A DNA stretch of 63,020 bases, counting the filler. It is 5 parts of 5 records of this genome, joined end to end, with 100 filler letters (N's around TTAATTAATTAA, not from the genome) between each part and the next. Parts side by side here need not be neighbours in the genome. Positions count along the whole stretch, not along the records: positions 1 to 8,070 come from SRR31156797_27466; positions 8,171 to 21,671 come from SRR31156797_27487; 3 more parts are not named here. One strand, given 5' to 3'. The notes below the pieces were generated by a model. That model did not search any database, was not told the origin of the DNA, and saw nothing but the letters and a program-made list of their open reading frames with translations. Made by a program: the position numbers and the translations under genes. Shown in pieces: positions 1 to 9,289 of the stretch; the first letter of the stretch is position 1; each line of letters starts with the position of its first letter.

Positions 1-1261
1 ACATAAAATCCTGCCAAACCATAATTCCATTTTCATCGCACAACTCATAAAAATAATCATCCTCATAAACACCGCCTCCCCATACACGCAACATATTCAT
101 ATTCGCATTTACAGCATCTGCAATCACTTTTTGATAATCTTTCTTTGTTACGCTAGGCAAAAAACTATCGTTAGGAATATAATTGGCTCCTTTTGCAAAT
201 ACTCTAACTCCATTCAATTCAAACACAAAACTCTCTCCTTTGCTGTCTTTTTCCCTTATTAATTTTATGGATCTTAATCCAGTTTTTACTTTCTCTGAAC
301 AGATGATTTTATCATTGATTTTTAGCTGAGCTTCAAACTTATACATATGTGGATCGCCCAATCCATTATTCCACCATAATTTTGGTTGAAGAATATCAAA
401 GTTTAAGTCAAGCTGGTTCTTTCCCTTTCTCAGTTTAAGTTCTTTTTGCGAAGCAATATTATCATCCGTCAGGTTTACTAAAAACACCGTAGCCTCCAGC
501 TCTTTTTCAGAATTCACCATAAGCTCGGCTGTTAAATTTGCTTGTTCCTTATTTATGAGTTCTTGCTTAATGTAAATGGATTGAATATCGGCATCATCCC
601 AGCCTCTTATTTCAACCGGACGCCAAATGCCTGAGGTAACAAAGCGTGGTCCCCAATCCCATCCATAATGATAACCCGCCTTTCGTGTAAATACTGATAC
701 TTTTTTATCTCCTAAACCGCCATTTTCCGATTGATCATTTACTGCTGGATAGGCATACGGTGAAGCATCATATAATTCAACACCCTTTTTAATTGGAGAA
801 TGAAAATATACTTTAAGCTTATTCCCTTCATTTTTTAGCCAAGGCTTTATATCAATGTTCCATTCCCGGTGCATATTATTTGCCTTAAGAATTAGGGTAT
901 CATTCAAAAACACGTCAGCATAGGTATCTAAACCGTAAAAATGTAAATCAATGCGATCTTTATATAACAAATCAGCCTCTACATCAAACACAGTTTGGTA
1001 AATCCAATCTTCTTTATCAATCCATTGCAAATCCTTTTCATTGGTTCTGTAAAAAGGATCATCAATTTGTTTATTTGCTAATAAGTCGGTATGAATCGTT
1101 CCTGGTACAGATGCCTTACCTTTATAAGCACCATCAACCTGTTCGTAGGCCCAACCGGAATTCAGATTAACAACTAACTTATTTTCCATCACATCTGGTT
1201 TTGTACAAGAATTTAATACTGCTAACGCAGCTACCATTATTATTAGTCCTAACTTTTCCAT
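1..1261 (-). CDS. GH2 beta-mannosidase, probable lipoprotein; 3' end runs off the window
   Basis: Not in the ORF track; translated by hand from ATG 1261: MEKLGLIIMVAALAVLNSC (lipobox) ... VPGTIHTDL ... RKAGYHYGWDWGPRFVTSGIWRPV ... FAKGANYIP ... NMLRVWGGGVYE. These are GH2 beta-mannosidase motifs. Confidence 0.92.
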   Translation of the reverse strand, partial: MEKLGLIIMVAALAVLNSCTKPDVMENKLVVNLNSGWAYEQVDGAYKGKASVPGTIHTDLLANKQIDDPFYRTNEKDLQWIDKEDWIYQTVFDVEADLLYKDRIDLHFYGLDTYADVFLNDTLILKANNMHREWNIDIKPWLKNEGNKLKVYFHSPIKKGVELYDASPYAYPAVNDQSENGGLGDKKVSVFTRKAGYHYGWDWGPRFVTSGIWRPVEIRGWDDADIQSIYIKQELINKEQANLTAELMVNSEKELEATVFLVNLTDDNIASQKELKLRKGKNQLDLNFDILQPKLWWNNGLGDPHMYKFEAQLKINDKIICSEKVKTGLRSIKLIREKDSKGESFVFELNGVRVFAKGANYIPNDSFLPSVTKKDYQKVIADAVNANMNMLRVWGGGVYEDDYFYELCDENGIMVWQDFM

Positions 1262-1271
1262 ATATGATATT

Positions 1272-2660
1272 TTAAGATTCTACATTTTCACTCAACCTTT
1301 GCTTTTCCAGATCATCTGTAATTGTTTTCATTTTGGTATCGTTTAGTTGGTAAAAGAACATGACTAAACCTGAAATGAAAGCCGCTAAACCAGGAACAAA
1401 ACTCATCATGTATTTTATTCCTATGATGGTTTCGGGAGATTGATCTACATTTGCTTTAAATCCGTAATAAGACAGTAACATCAACATAATGTAACCACCA
1501 AATGTCCAACCTAATTTTTGAGACATACTTGAAGCTGAAAATACCAGACCAGTTGCTCTTCTTCCGGTTTTCCATTGCGAATAATCAGCTGCATCAGCAT
1601 ACATCGACCATAAAAGAGGGAAAACAATTCCGGCACAAAAACTAATCATGGCCTGCAGCGCATATACCTGCCAAACCTGGTTTTTATCTATAAAATAAAA
1701 GACACCACTTAGTAAAGCAGCTCCAAACATGGCATATATAAAAGTTTTTCGTTTTCCTAAACGAGAAGACACCGGTTTAGCCATCATTACACCAATCATA
1801 TTTGTGGCTTGGCCCAAGAACAAATACAGCGTGCTGAAAGTAAAGGTCGCTGCCGAAAAAGTCACCGCAGCATCATCAATAATATAGTACTTGAAATAAT
1901 AAAGGGCTACACCGTCGCGAATTGAATTAAATATAAGTGTCGCCAAACCTGCTCCAAGCAAGATAAACCATGGTATGTTATTTCCGAGATTTTTAACATC
2001 CTGCCATAAATTATTTTTTTGATTTTTAGGTGGCTGAATTCTTTCTTTGGTCCACAAAAACGTAAGAATAAAGAAAACAACTGCCAAAGATCCAATCACC
2101 ATCATCGTAAACTGGTATGATCTTTCCTGGCTAAAGGAAATCTTAAACCAATCGACCAATGGCTGATAAATAGCCACTACAAGTAAACTTCCTGCAAATG
2201 CGAATACCATTCTATAAGATGCAAATGAGGTTCTGTCGTTGGGATTGGATGACATTACACCTAACAAACTGGCATAAGGTACATTGATTGCCGTATACAC
2301 CATCATCATTAAAGTGTAAGTTATATAAGCATAGACTATACGACTGCTTACATTCCAGTTAGGTGTGGTAAATAATAAAACTCCAATTAAAGCAAAAGGA
2401 ACAGCTACCCATAAAAGATAGGGTCTGAATTTTCCCCAACGGGTATGTGTACGGTCACCAATAATTCCCATAATAGGATCATTGGCCGTATCCCAAATTC
2501 GGGTTAGCAAAAACATGGTTCCGGCTGCAGCAGCAGAAATTTCAAAAACATCGGTATAGAAAATGGCCAGGTAAATGGAAAAAATTTTCCAATACATTGA
2601 AGATGCAGCATCCCCAAAGCCGTAGCCTATTTTCTCCTTCAAAGAGACTTTATTTGACAT
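1272..2660 (-). CDS. MFS glycoside-pentoside-hexuronide (GPH) cation symporter, probable manno-oligosaccharide importer
   Basis: EKIGYGFGD, RIWDTANDPIMG, TRWGKFRPY motifs; about 12 hydrophobic segments; lies between GH130 and GH2 genes. Confidence 0.9.
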   Translation of the reverse strand: MSNKVSLKEKIGYGFGDAASSMYWKIFSIYLAIFYTDVFEISAAAAGTMFLLTRIWDTANDPIMGIIGDRTHTRWGKFRPYLLWVAVPFALIGVLLFTTPNWNVSSRIVYAYITYTLMMMVYTAINVPYASLLGVMSSNPNDRTSFASYRMVFAFAGSLLVVAIYQPLVDWFKISFSQERSYQFTMMVIGSLAVVFFILTFLWTKERIQPPKNQKNNLWQDVKNLGNNIPWFILLGAGLATLIFNSIRDGVALYYFKYYIIDDAAVTFSAATFTFSTLYLFLGQATNMIGVMMAKPVSSRLGKRKTFIYAMFGAALLSGVFYFIDKNQVWQVYALQAMISFCAGIVFPLLWSMYADAADYSQWKTGRRATGLVFSASSMSQKLGWTFGGYIMLMLLSYYGFKANVDQSPETIIGIKYMMSFVPGLAAFISGLVMFFYQLNDTKMKTITDDLEKQRLSENVES

Positions 2661-2735
2661 AGATTCAGATCTAATAATTAAAAGCTTCTGTCGTTACAGA
2701 AGTATGTTGTAGATTTTTTTATTTTAAGTAAACTA

Positions 2736-3929
2736 TTAATCCCTTAACAGATTCATATAATTCTGATTTTTATCTATTAGATTATTTATTGTTTGAACAC
2801 TAAGGTGTGAATGCAATTGATCTTCCGGTGTATTGATACAATAATCCAATAATTGTTCAATGGAGGTAGTTGCCACATGCATTCGGGTATCTGAAGAGGC
2901 ATAATAAATATATACCTTTCCATCGTCATCTGCAATCCATCCATTTGAAAACGTAACATTTGATACATCTCCTACTCTTTCTTCCTTTAATGGGCCAATA
3001 AAGTGTCCATTTGGTTTATGTGTTACCAACCAGGGTTTTACAAGGTCAGTCATGAATACATACAAAGTATAACGTAAACCGGCAGCAGTATTTCTAACAC
3101 CATGAGCCAACTGAAGCCATCCCTTTTCGGTTTTAATGGGCGCCGGGCCTAATCCATTTTTGACTTCATATATGGTATGATAGGTTTTAGCGTCAACAAT
3201 AACTTCCTCCTTCACTTCCAGCTTTGTAATACTTTCTGATAATCCAAAACCAATACCGCCTCCTTTTCCGGTATCAATAAAACCATCCTGAGGCCTGGTA
3301 TAAAACGCATATTTCCCTTCAACTAAATGAGGAAACAACACTACATTACGTTGCTGACCAGTTGTTGAAATCAGATCCGGTAAACGCTCCCACGATTTTA
3401 AATCTTTAGTTCGTGCAATTCCAGCTGCAGCAACCGCACTACTGGTATCACCATCCGGAGCAATGGGATCTTTCCGTTCTGTGCAAAAAACACCATAAAT
3501 CCAACCATCGTCATGTTGTGTTAATCGCATATCATATACATTGGTATCTGGTTTTTCTGTTTGCGGAAGTGTAATTGGTTTATCCCAAAAACGAAATCCA
3601 TCCACTCCATTATCACTCTCTGCAATAGCAAAAAAAGATTTTCTATCGTTTCCCTCTACACGTACAGCTAATAAATACTTACCATTAAATTTGATGGCTC
3701 CCGCATTAAACGTAGCATTAAAGCCTATGCGCTCCATTAAAAATGGATTTGTTGTTTTATTTAAATCAAATCGCCAATGCAAAGGCACATGATCACGAGT
3801 TAAAATTGGAAATTTATATCTAGAAAATATTCCGTTCTCACTAAATAACTCTTCATTCTTTCGATGAATTATTTCGTCATGCTTCTGCTTTATCAATTGA
3901 AGTCTCGATTCAAACAAATTATCGTTCAT
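2736..3929 (-). CDS. GH130 4-O-beta-D-mannosyl-D-glucose phosphorylase
   Basis: [70 protein letters not shown] motifs of the GH130 MGP subfamily. Confidence 0.9.
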   Translation of the reverse strand: MNDNLFESRLQLIKQKHDEIIHRKNEELFSENGIFSRYKFPILTRDHVPLHWRFDLNKTTNPFLMERIGFNATFNAGAIKFNGKYLLAVRVEGNDRKSFFAIAESDNGVDGFRFWDKPITLPQTEKPDTNVYDMRLTQHDDGWIYGVFCTERKDPIAPDGDTSSAVAAAGIARTKDLKSWERLPDLISTTGQQRNVVLFPHLVEGKYAFYTRPQDGFIDTGKGGGIGFGLSESITKLEVKEEVIVDAKTYHTIYEVKNGLGPAPIKTEKGWLQLAHGVRNTAAGLRYTLYVFMTDLVKPWLVTHKPNGHFIGPLKEERVGDVSNVTFSNGWIADDDGKVYIYYASSDTRMHVATTSIEQLLDYCINTPEDQLHSHLSVQTINNLIDKNQNYMNLLRD

Positions 3930-4001
3930 GGTAAATCATTATTTTATAATCAATTCTTTTATAGAATGTATGAATGATTGATGAAGGTAAAAACAAGTAC
4001 T

Positions 4002-4025
4002 TATTGTACTTAGTACACAAATATA
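4002..4025 (-). promoter_or_regulatory. Bacteroidota -7 promoter element of the GH130 operon overlapped by a GT-N7-AC operator-like palindrome
   Basis: Minus-strand TATATTTG at 4025-4018 fits TAnnTTTG. TATTGTACTTAGTACACAA at 4002-4020 overlaps it. Confidence 0.5.
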
Positions 4026-4284
4026 TTTATCGCTACATATTTACACAAGTATTAATCTATCACACAATTGTACTATTCTATCAATCGATAATTGAAATAT
4101 AGAAGTGTATTATGATATTTTAATTACACAACTTATTTAGCCTCACGGATACATTACATTAAATATCAACAAAATACACAATCCACCCCAATCAACTAAT
4201 AAACATTTTGATACTTTATTATTAACAAATAAACATGTACTATTTAAGCACTATTCTTAAATTTGAAAGAAAACTACTACACTA

Positions 4285-5163
4285 ATGGCAAGCCAAATTC
4301 ACAGAGAAATAACCCCTTTAAAAGAAAACGATTGCTTTTTGGTTTTTGACCGGGAAAGAACGGCTTTTACATATCCTATTCATTTTCATCCCGAATTTGA
4401 AATTAACTTTATTCAAAACGCAAAAGGAGGAAAACGCATTATTGGAGATCATATTGGAATTATTGACGACAAAGAACTTGTAATGGTGGGTTCCAATGTT
4501 TACCATGGCTGGGAGAACCATCAAAATAACAGTGATGATATATTACATGAAATAACTATTCAATTCCCGCAGGAACTATTTAGTAATAATGCACTTGACA
4601 GAAACCTACTTCAGCCCATTAAAGAGCTTCTTCATAATGCACAAAGGGGAATTTTATTTTCGCAGGAAACAATACAAAAAGTAGAGCCTCGATTACAAGC
4701 CTTAAGTTTAAAACATGGATTCGACAGCTTTTTAGAGTTTCAATCACTTTTGTACGATTTGGCCATTTCCAGAGATCAGCAACTATTAACAAACATGTCG
4801 TTTCTACGGAAAAATGATTTTCATAATAGCGAACGTATTGAAACTATATACACCTATATTAAAGACAATTACAATAAAAAAATTAAGCTTGAAGATGCTG
4901 CCCAAAAAGCTAATATGACAGTTATCTCTTTTAGCAGACTAATTAAACTTCGCACAGGAAAATCCTTTGTTGATTTTGTAAATGAAATTCGATTGGGTTA
5001 TGCCACCCGTATGCTAATTGAAACCAATAAAAGCATTGGCGAAGTTTGCTTTGAATGTGGTTTTAATAATATCTCTAATTTTAATCGCATATTTAAAAAA
5101 CGACAAGGTTGTACACCTTCTGAATTCAGGGTAAATTTTTCGGGAACTAAAAGTGTTTTTTAA
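4285..5163 (+). CDS. AraC-family transcriptional regulator
   Basis: Cupin N-terminus (HFHPEFEI) and C-terminal double HTH (ECGFNNISNFNRIFKK); divergent from the mannan operon. Confidence 0.92.
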   Translation: MASQIHREITPLKENDCFLVFDRERTAFTYPIHFHPEFEINFIQNAKGGKRIIGDHIGIIDDKELVMVGSNVYHGWENHQNNSDDILHEITIQFPQELFSNNALDRNLLQPIKELLHNAQRGILFSQETIQKVEPRLQALSLKHGFDSFLEFQSLLYDLAISRDQQLLTNMSFLRKNDFHNSERIETIYTYIKDNYNKKIKLEDAAQKANMTVISFSRLIKLRTGKSFVDFVNEIRLGYATRMLIETNKSIGEVCFECGFNNISNFNRIFKKRQGCTPSEFRVNFSGTKSVF

Positions 5164-5270
5164 TATACGCTTACATCTGCCCACATACCTCAGTACACAC
5201 TTAATATTAGATACTTACAAAGACTACCTCTTTATTTTAAATGGAATTAATTTGCTTTTTCGAATTCTTT

Positions 5271-5289
5271 TAACGTATTTTGTACGTTA
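5271..5289. promoter_or_regulatory. Putative NrtR-family operator (autoregulatory)
   Basis: Perfect inverted repeat TAACGTA-N5-TACGTTA with GT-N7-AC core, 12 nt before the Nudix regulator ATG. Confidence 0.65.
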
Positions 5290-5301
5290 TATTATTATTA
5301 G

Positions 5302-5940
5302 ATGGAACAATCCAGTTTATATTTATCTGTTGACTGTGTAATTTTAGGTTTTGAAGATGCCCAATTAAAAGCACTCTTGATTAAACGAGATAAAGAACCT
5401 GAAAAAGATAAATGGTCACTTCCCGGAGCCTATGTTCACACCGATGAAAATATAGATAATGCTGCCAAAAGAATTCTGAATGAACTAACAGGTATTCACG
5501 ATGTATTCTTATCTCAAATTGGTGTTTTTGGAGAGGTGAAGAGGTATCCTGAAAAACGTGTTGTTTCTATTTTATATTGTGCTTTGATTAGTCCGGAATT
5601 ATTTGAATTAATGGCCGGATCGCACGCCAAAGAAGTGGCATGGAAAAACCTTTCTGAAATTAATGTATTGCCCTTTGATCATAATAAAATGTTAAATACA
5701 TCCATGCAATGGCTAAAAGACGAAATTTGGCGAAAACCAATTTTACAAAATCTATTACCGGAGAAATTTCCTCTAAATCAAATGCAAGAATTGTATCAAT
5801 CTTTATTGCAAACTACGATCGATAATAGAAACTTTAGGAAGAAAGTCATTTCGCAGGAATTAGTAGAAAGACTAAATGAGAAAACCAAAGGAGGTCAGCA
5901 ACGACCTGCCTATTTATATAAACTCAAATCGCCCAATTAA
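5302..5940 (+). CDS. NrtR-family transcriptional regulator (Nudix domain + winged HTH)
   Basis: LSVDCVI...WSLPG...AAKRILNELTG Nudix fold, LPFDH, and C-terminal DNRNFRKK...RPAYLY wHTH. Confidence 0.88.
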   Translation: MEQSSLYLSVDCVILGFEDAQLKALLIKRDKEPEKDKWSLPGAYVHTDENIDNAAKRILNELTGIHDVFLSQIGVFGEVKRYPEKRVVSILYCALISPELFELMAGSHAKEVAWKNLSEINVLPFDHNKMLNTSMQWLKDEIWRKPILQNLLPEKFPLNQMQELYQSLLQTTIDNRNFRKKVISQELVERLNEKTKGGQQRPAYLYKLKSPN

Positions 5941-5960
5941 AAAAATTTGACCAATATTAT

Positions 5961-5979
5961 TAACGTACATATAACGCAA
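5961..5979. promoter_or_regulatory. Putative NrtR-family operator
   Basis: TAACGTACATATAACGCAA: same left arm and GT-N7-AC spacing as 5271-5289; 11 nt before the SDR ATG. Confidence 0.6.
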
Positions 5980-5990
5980 AATAAAAAAAC

Positions 5991-6797
5991 ATGTTTGACT
6001 TATCAGGAAAAGTAGCCGTTGTAACCGGCGGAGGTGGTGTTTTAGGTGGAAGCATTGCCCATAGTTTAATTGAAGCTGGTGTTAAAGTAGCCGTACTTGA
6101 CATTCGCGAAGAAAACGTAAATAACAGAGTTGAAGAACTAAAAGCGAAAGGCGGAGATGCCATTGGTTATGTTTCGAGTGTTCTGGATATGGACGAACTG
6201 AAAAAAACAAGACAGGAACTTATTGATCAATGGGGCAAAGTTGATATCTTGATAAATGCAGCAGGCGGAAATTTACCTGGAGCTACACTTACTGAAGAAC
6301 AAACTGTTTTCGATATGAAAATTGATGATTTTCAGAAAGTAACTGATCTTAATTTAAACGGAACCGTTTATCCTTGTCTTGTATTCGGAGAAGCGATGGC
6401 AGAGCAAGGCGAAGGAAGTATCATCACGATTTCATCGATGGCTACCTACTCAGCTATAACTAGGGTTTTAGGTTATTCCGTGGCAAAAACGGGTATTAAT
6501 ATTTTCACTCAATGGATGGCGATGGAAATGGCCACTAAATTCAACGAAAAAATCAGAGTAAATGCCATTTCACCAGGGTTCTTTATTGGTGATCAAAATC
6601 GAAAAGTATTAATTAATCAAGACGGCAGTTATACTGAAAGAAGTAAAAAAGTGTTGGCCAGAACGCCTATGAATCGCTTTGGTGATATTAAAGAATTAAA
6701 TGGAGCTGTGCAATTCCTTTGCTCTGAGGCTGCCTCATTTATTACAGGTGTAATATTACCTGTAGATGGTGGTTTTAGTTCTTATAGTGGCGTTTAA
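5991..6797 (+). CDS. SDR oxidoreductase, probable D-mannonate/fructuronate oxidoreductase (Bacteroides-type UxuB)
   Basis: TGGGGVLG, NAAGGN, YSVAK catalytic motif; immediately upstream of uxuA. Confidence 0.8.
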   Translation: MFDLSGKVAVVTGGGGVLGGSIAHSLIEAGVKVAVLDIREENVNNRVEELKAKGGDAIGYVSSVLDMDELKKTRQELIDQWGKVDILINAAGGNLPGATLTEEQTVFDMKIDDFQKVTDLNLNGTVYPCLVFGEAMAEQGEGSIITISSMATYSAITRVLGYSVAKTGINIFTQWMAMEMATKFNEKIRVNAISPGFFIGDQNRKVLINQDGSYTERSKKVLARTPMNRFGDIKELNGAVQFLCSEAASFITGVILPVDGGFSSYSGV

Positions 6798-6841
6798 TTT
6801 TAAGTTTAAATCAACACATCATTAATTAAATAAAACAAATT

Positions 6842-8044
6842 ATGGCTTTAGAAAAGACCTGGCGTTGGTTTGGAGAAAAAGATAACATTACGCTCGATAT
6901 GTTAGCACAAATGGGCGTAGAAGGTGTAATTACAGCGCTTCATCATATTCCCAACGGGGAAGTGTGGCCGATTGAAGAAATCTTAAAGGTAAAAAACGAC
7001 ATTGAATCCCATGGCATGCGATGGAGTGTTGTGGAAAGTTTACCTGTGAGTGAAGGCATTAAAATCTGTTCGGAAGACAGGCCTCGTTTGATTGAAAATT
7101 ATCAGCAATCTGTGAAGAACTTGGGCGCATGTGGTATCGATACAATCTGCTATAATTTTATGCCAGTGTTGGATTGGGCCAGAACTGATTTGCACTATAA
7201 ATTGCAAAATGGTGGCGAATCTATGTATTTTGATTTCCCCACTTTTGTTGCTTTTGACGCCTATATTTTAAAGCGTCCCAATGCCGAAAAAGATTACCCT
7301 GCGGATATTGTAGAAAAGGCAAAAGAGGTTTTTACAAAAATGACAGAAGAGGAAGCCGAAAAGCTGGCTTACAATATTATTGTAGTCACACAGGGTTTTA
7401 TTGATGGTGTTGTGGACGGAAGTGTTCCAGATCCTAAAGCCTTATTTCTGGAATTTATTGAAAGATATAAGGGTTACGATAAAAGCAAGATGCGTGAAAA
7501 CCTAAAGAGATTTCTGGATGATATCATTCCTATTGCGGAAGAAGCTGGAGTAAAACTAGCGATTCATCCGGATGATCCTCCTTTTCCTGTACTTGGTTTA
7601 CCTCGCATTATTGGTCAGATGGATGATTATGAATGGCTATTTAAAGCCAATTCTTCTCCTAACAACGGAATTACTTTTTGTGCCGGATCTTTATCTGCCC
7701 GAAAAGAAAATAATTTGTTAGAAATTATAGAAAAATGTGCCGATAAGATTCACTTTGTGCATTTAAGAAATACCCAACTTTTACCGGATGGTAGCTTTTA
7801 TGAATCCGGTCACCTATCAGGTAGTCAGAAGATGGTAAACCTGATGACAGCCTTATTAAAAGAACAAAAAAGGCGTATTCAATCCGGTAGAAAAGATACA
7901 CAAATGCCTGTTCGCCCTGATCATGGTATCAAAATGCTAGGTGACTACGATCATGCCTATAATCCCGGATATCCACTTATCGGTAGATTAAAAGGACTGG
8001 CCGAATTAGATGGTTTAATGACAGGTATTGAGGCATTTATTTAA
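6842..8044 (+). CDS. uxuA: Mannonate dehydratase
   Basis: TWRWFG, WSVVESLPV, ICYNFMPVLDWART, HPDDPP, RPDHG, PGYPLIGRLKGLAEL. Confidence 0.96.
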   Translation: MALEKTWRWFGEKDNITLDMLAQMGVEGVITALHHIPNGEVWPIEEILKVKNDIESHGMRWSVVESLPVSEGIKICSEDRPRLIENYQQSVKNLGACGIDTICYNFMPVLDWARTDLHYKLQNGGESMYFDFPTFVAFDAYILKRPNAEKDYPADIVEKAKEVFTKMTEEEAEKLAYNIIVVTQGFIDGVVDGSVPDPKALFLEFIERYKGYDKSKMRENLKRFLDDIIPIAEEAGVKLAIHPDDPPFPVLGLPRIIGQMDDYEWLFKANSSPNNGITFCAGSLSARKENNLLEIIEKCADKIHFVHLRNTQLLPDGSFYESGHLSGSQKMVNLMTALLKEQKRRIQSGRKDTQMPVRPDHGIKMLGDYDHAYNPGYPLIGRLKGLAELDGLMTGIEAFI

Positions 8045-8070
8045 ACCCGGAATATGCATTAAAAAGTCTA

Positions 8071-8170
8071 NNNNNNNNNNNNNNNNNNNNNNNNNNNNNN
8101 NNNNNNNNNNNNNNTTAATTAATTAANNNNNNNNNNNNNNNNNNNNNNNNNNNNNNNNNNNNNNNNNNNN
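8071..8170. other. Artificial contig linker
   Basis: 100 nt of N with a central TTAATTAATTAA (stops in all six frames). Confidence 0.99.
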
Positions 8171-8689
8171 TATTATGTCATTTCAACTGTTGATTGGAAT
8201 AAATACTGAAATACACTCTCATATCTTCAGAATATACACTATTTAAGTTGCTCCAATTTCCTTTACATGGCTTAATTTGCATTTTGCAGACTGCTTTTTT
8301 TGTTTTTTACATTTTCTTAAGTGAAAGATTATTTCAACGTGTATAATTTACACCTAGACAGTTTAACTCATTCTCCTACTGCAATATAAAAAGCCACACT
8401 TAAAAAAAATATTTATTTCCATTGATTTTTAGAACATTGCTGTCTCCCATTTAAAATGAGGTACTGACAATACTCAATTAGCAGCTTAATCAATATTTCA
8501 GAGCCTTTCATAAAGCCCAAAGCCTTTAGCAAAGCTTTTTTATTCAATGTTTTATATTTTCATATCTACAAATTTTCAACAATAATAGGTTCATAATCAA
8601 TCTTTAATCTCTCTCTAATTTTAAACCGAGAACCTAATTCAACTATTAAAAACAACTAATTAAATATTAAATCCCTTAAATCCCGCACA

Positions 8690-9097
8690 ATGATTACAAA
8701 CAGTAATTTTAATTTCCCATTTCAGAAGCTATCTATGCGTATTGACAAATTAATACATCTTTTAGATAGTGCCTCTGAGCAATATGAAGAGTATGGACTA
8801 AATGAAGAATTTCGAGAAGTTGTCATAAAAAAACATGAAAAACTCAAATTACTAATGAATTCTTCGGGTTCAAACAACCAAAGAAAAAACAAGCCTTTAA
8901 ACCAAAATTTTAGCAGCATTAAAGGAAACCCGAAACACACCAAACTTGCAAACAGCTTATTTGGCAATCTAAAAGAAATGTGTGAAGTTGGTATGATAAT
9001 ATGGGAAAATTTAGATAAAAAAATCTATCAGGATTGTTTAATACTTAGATTACCAGTATCAATTATTGAACCTACAATAAAAGAACTTGTTGCCTAA
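8690..9097 (+). CDS. Hypothetical protein
   Basis: 135-aa ORF followed by a terminator; no family recognised with confidence. Confidence 0.6.
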   Translation: MITNSNFNFPFQKLSMRIDKLIHLLDSASEQYEEYGLNEEFREVVIKKHEKLKLLMNSSGSNNQRKNKPLNQNFSSIKGNPKHTKLANSLFGNLKEMCEVGMIIWENLDKKIYQDCLILRLPVSIIEPTIKELVA

Positions 9098-9142
9098 GCC
9101 GAACTCAAACCAAAATATAAAACCATTTGTGCTATTTTCTTT

Positions 9143-9174
9143 AAAAGAGAGTTCTGTTACGGACTCTCTTTTTT
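9143..9174 (+). terminator. Rho-independent terminator
   Basis: AAAAGAGAGTTC-TGTTAC-GGACTCTCTTTTTT hairpin with U tract. Confidence 0.75.
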
Positions 9175-9289
9175 ATTACTTCAAATTCTTTCATATCCAT
9201 AAAAATTTAATTGGCTTATTTTTTGTTTTATCCATTTTCCAAATATCTTTAAAAACAAGTTCAACAGCGGCTACAATAAAAACACGATC

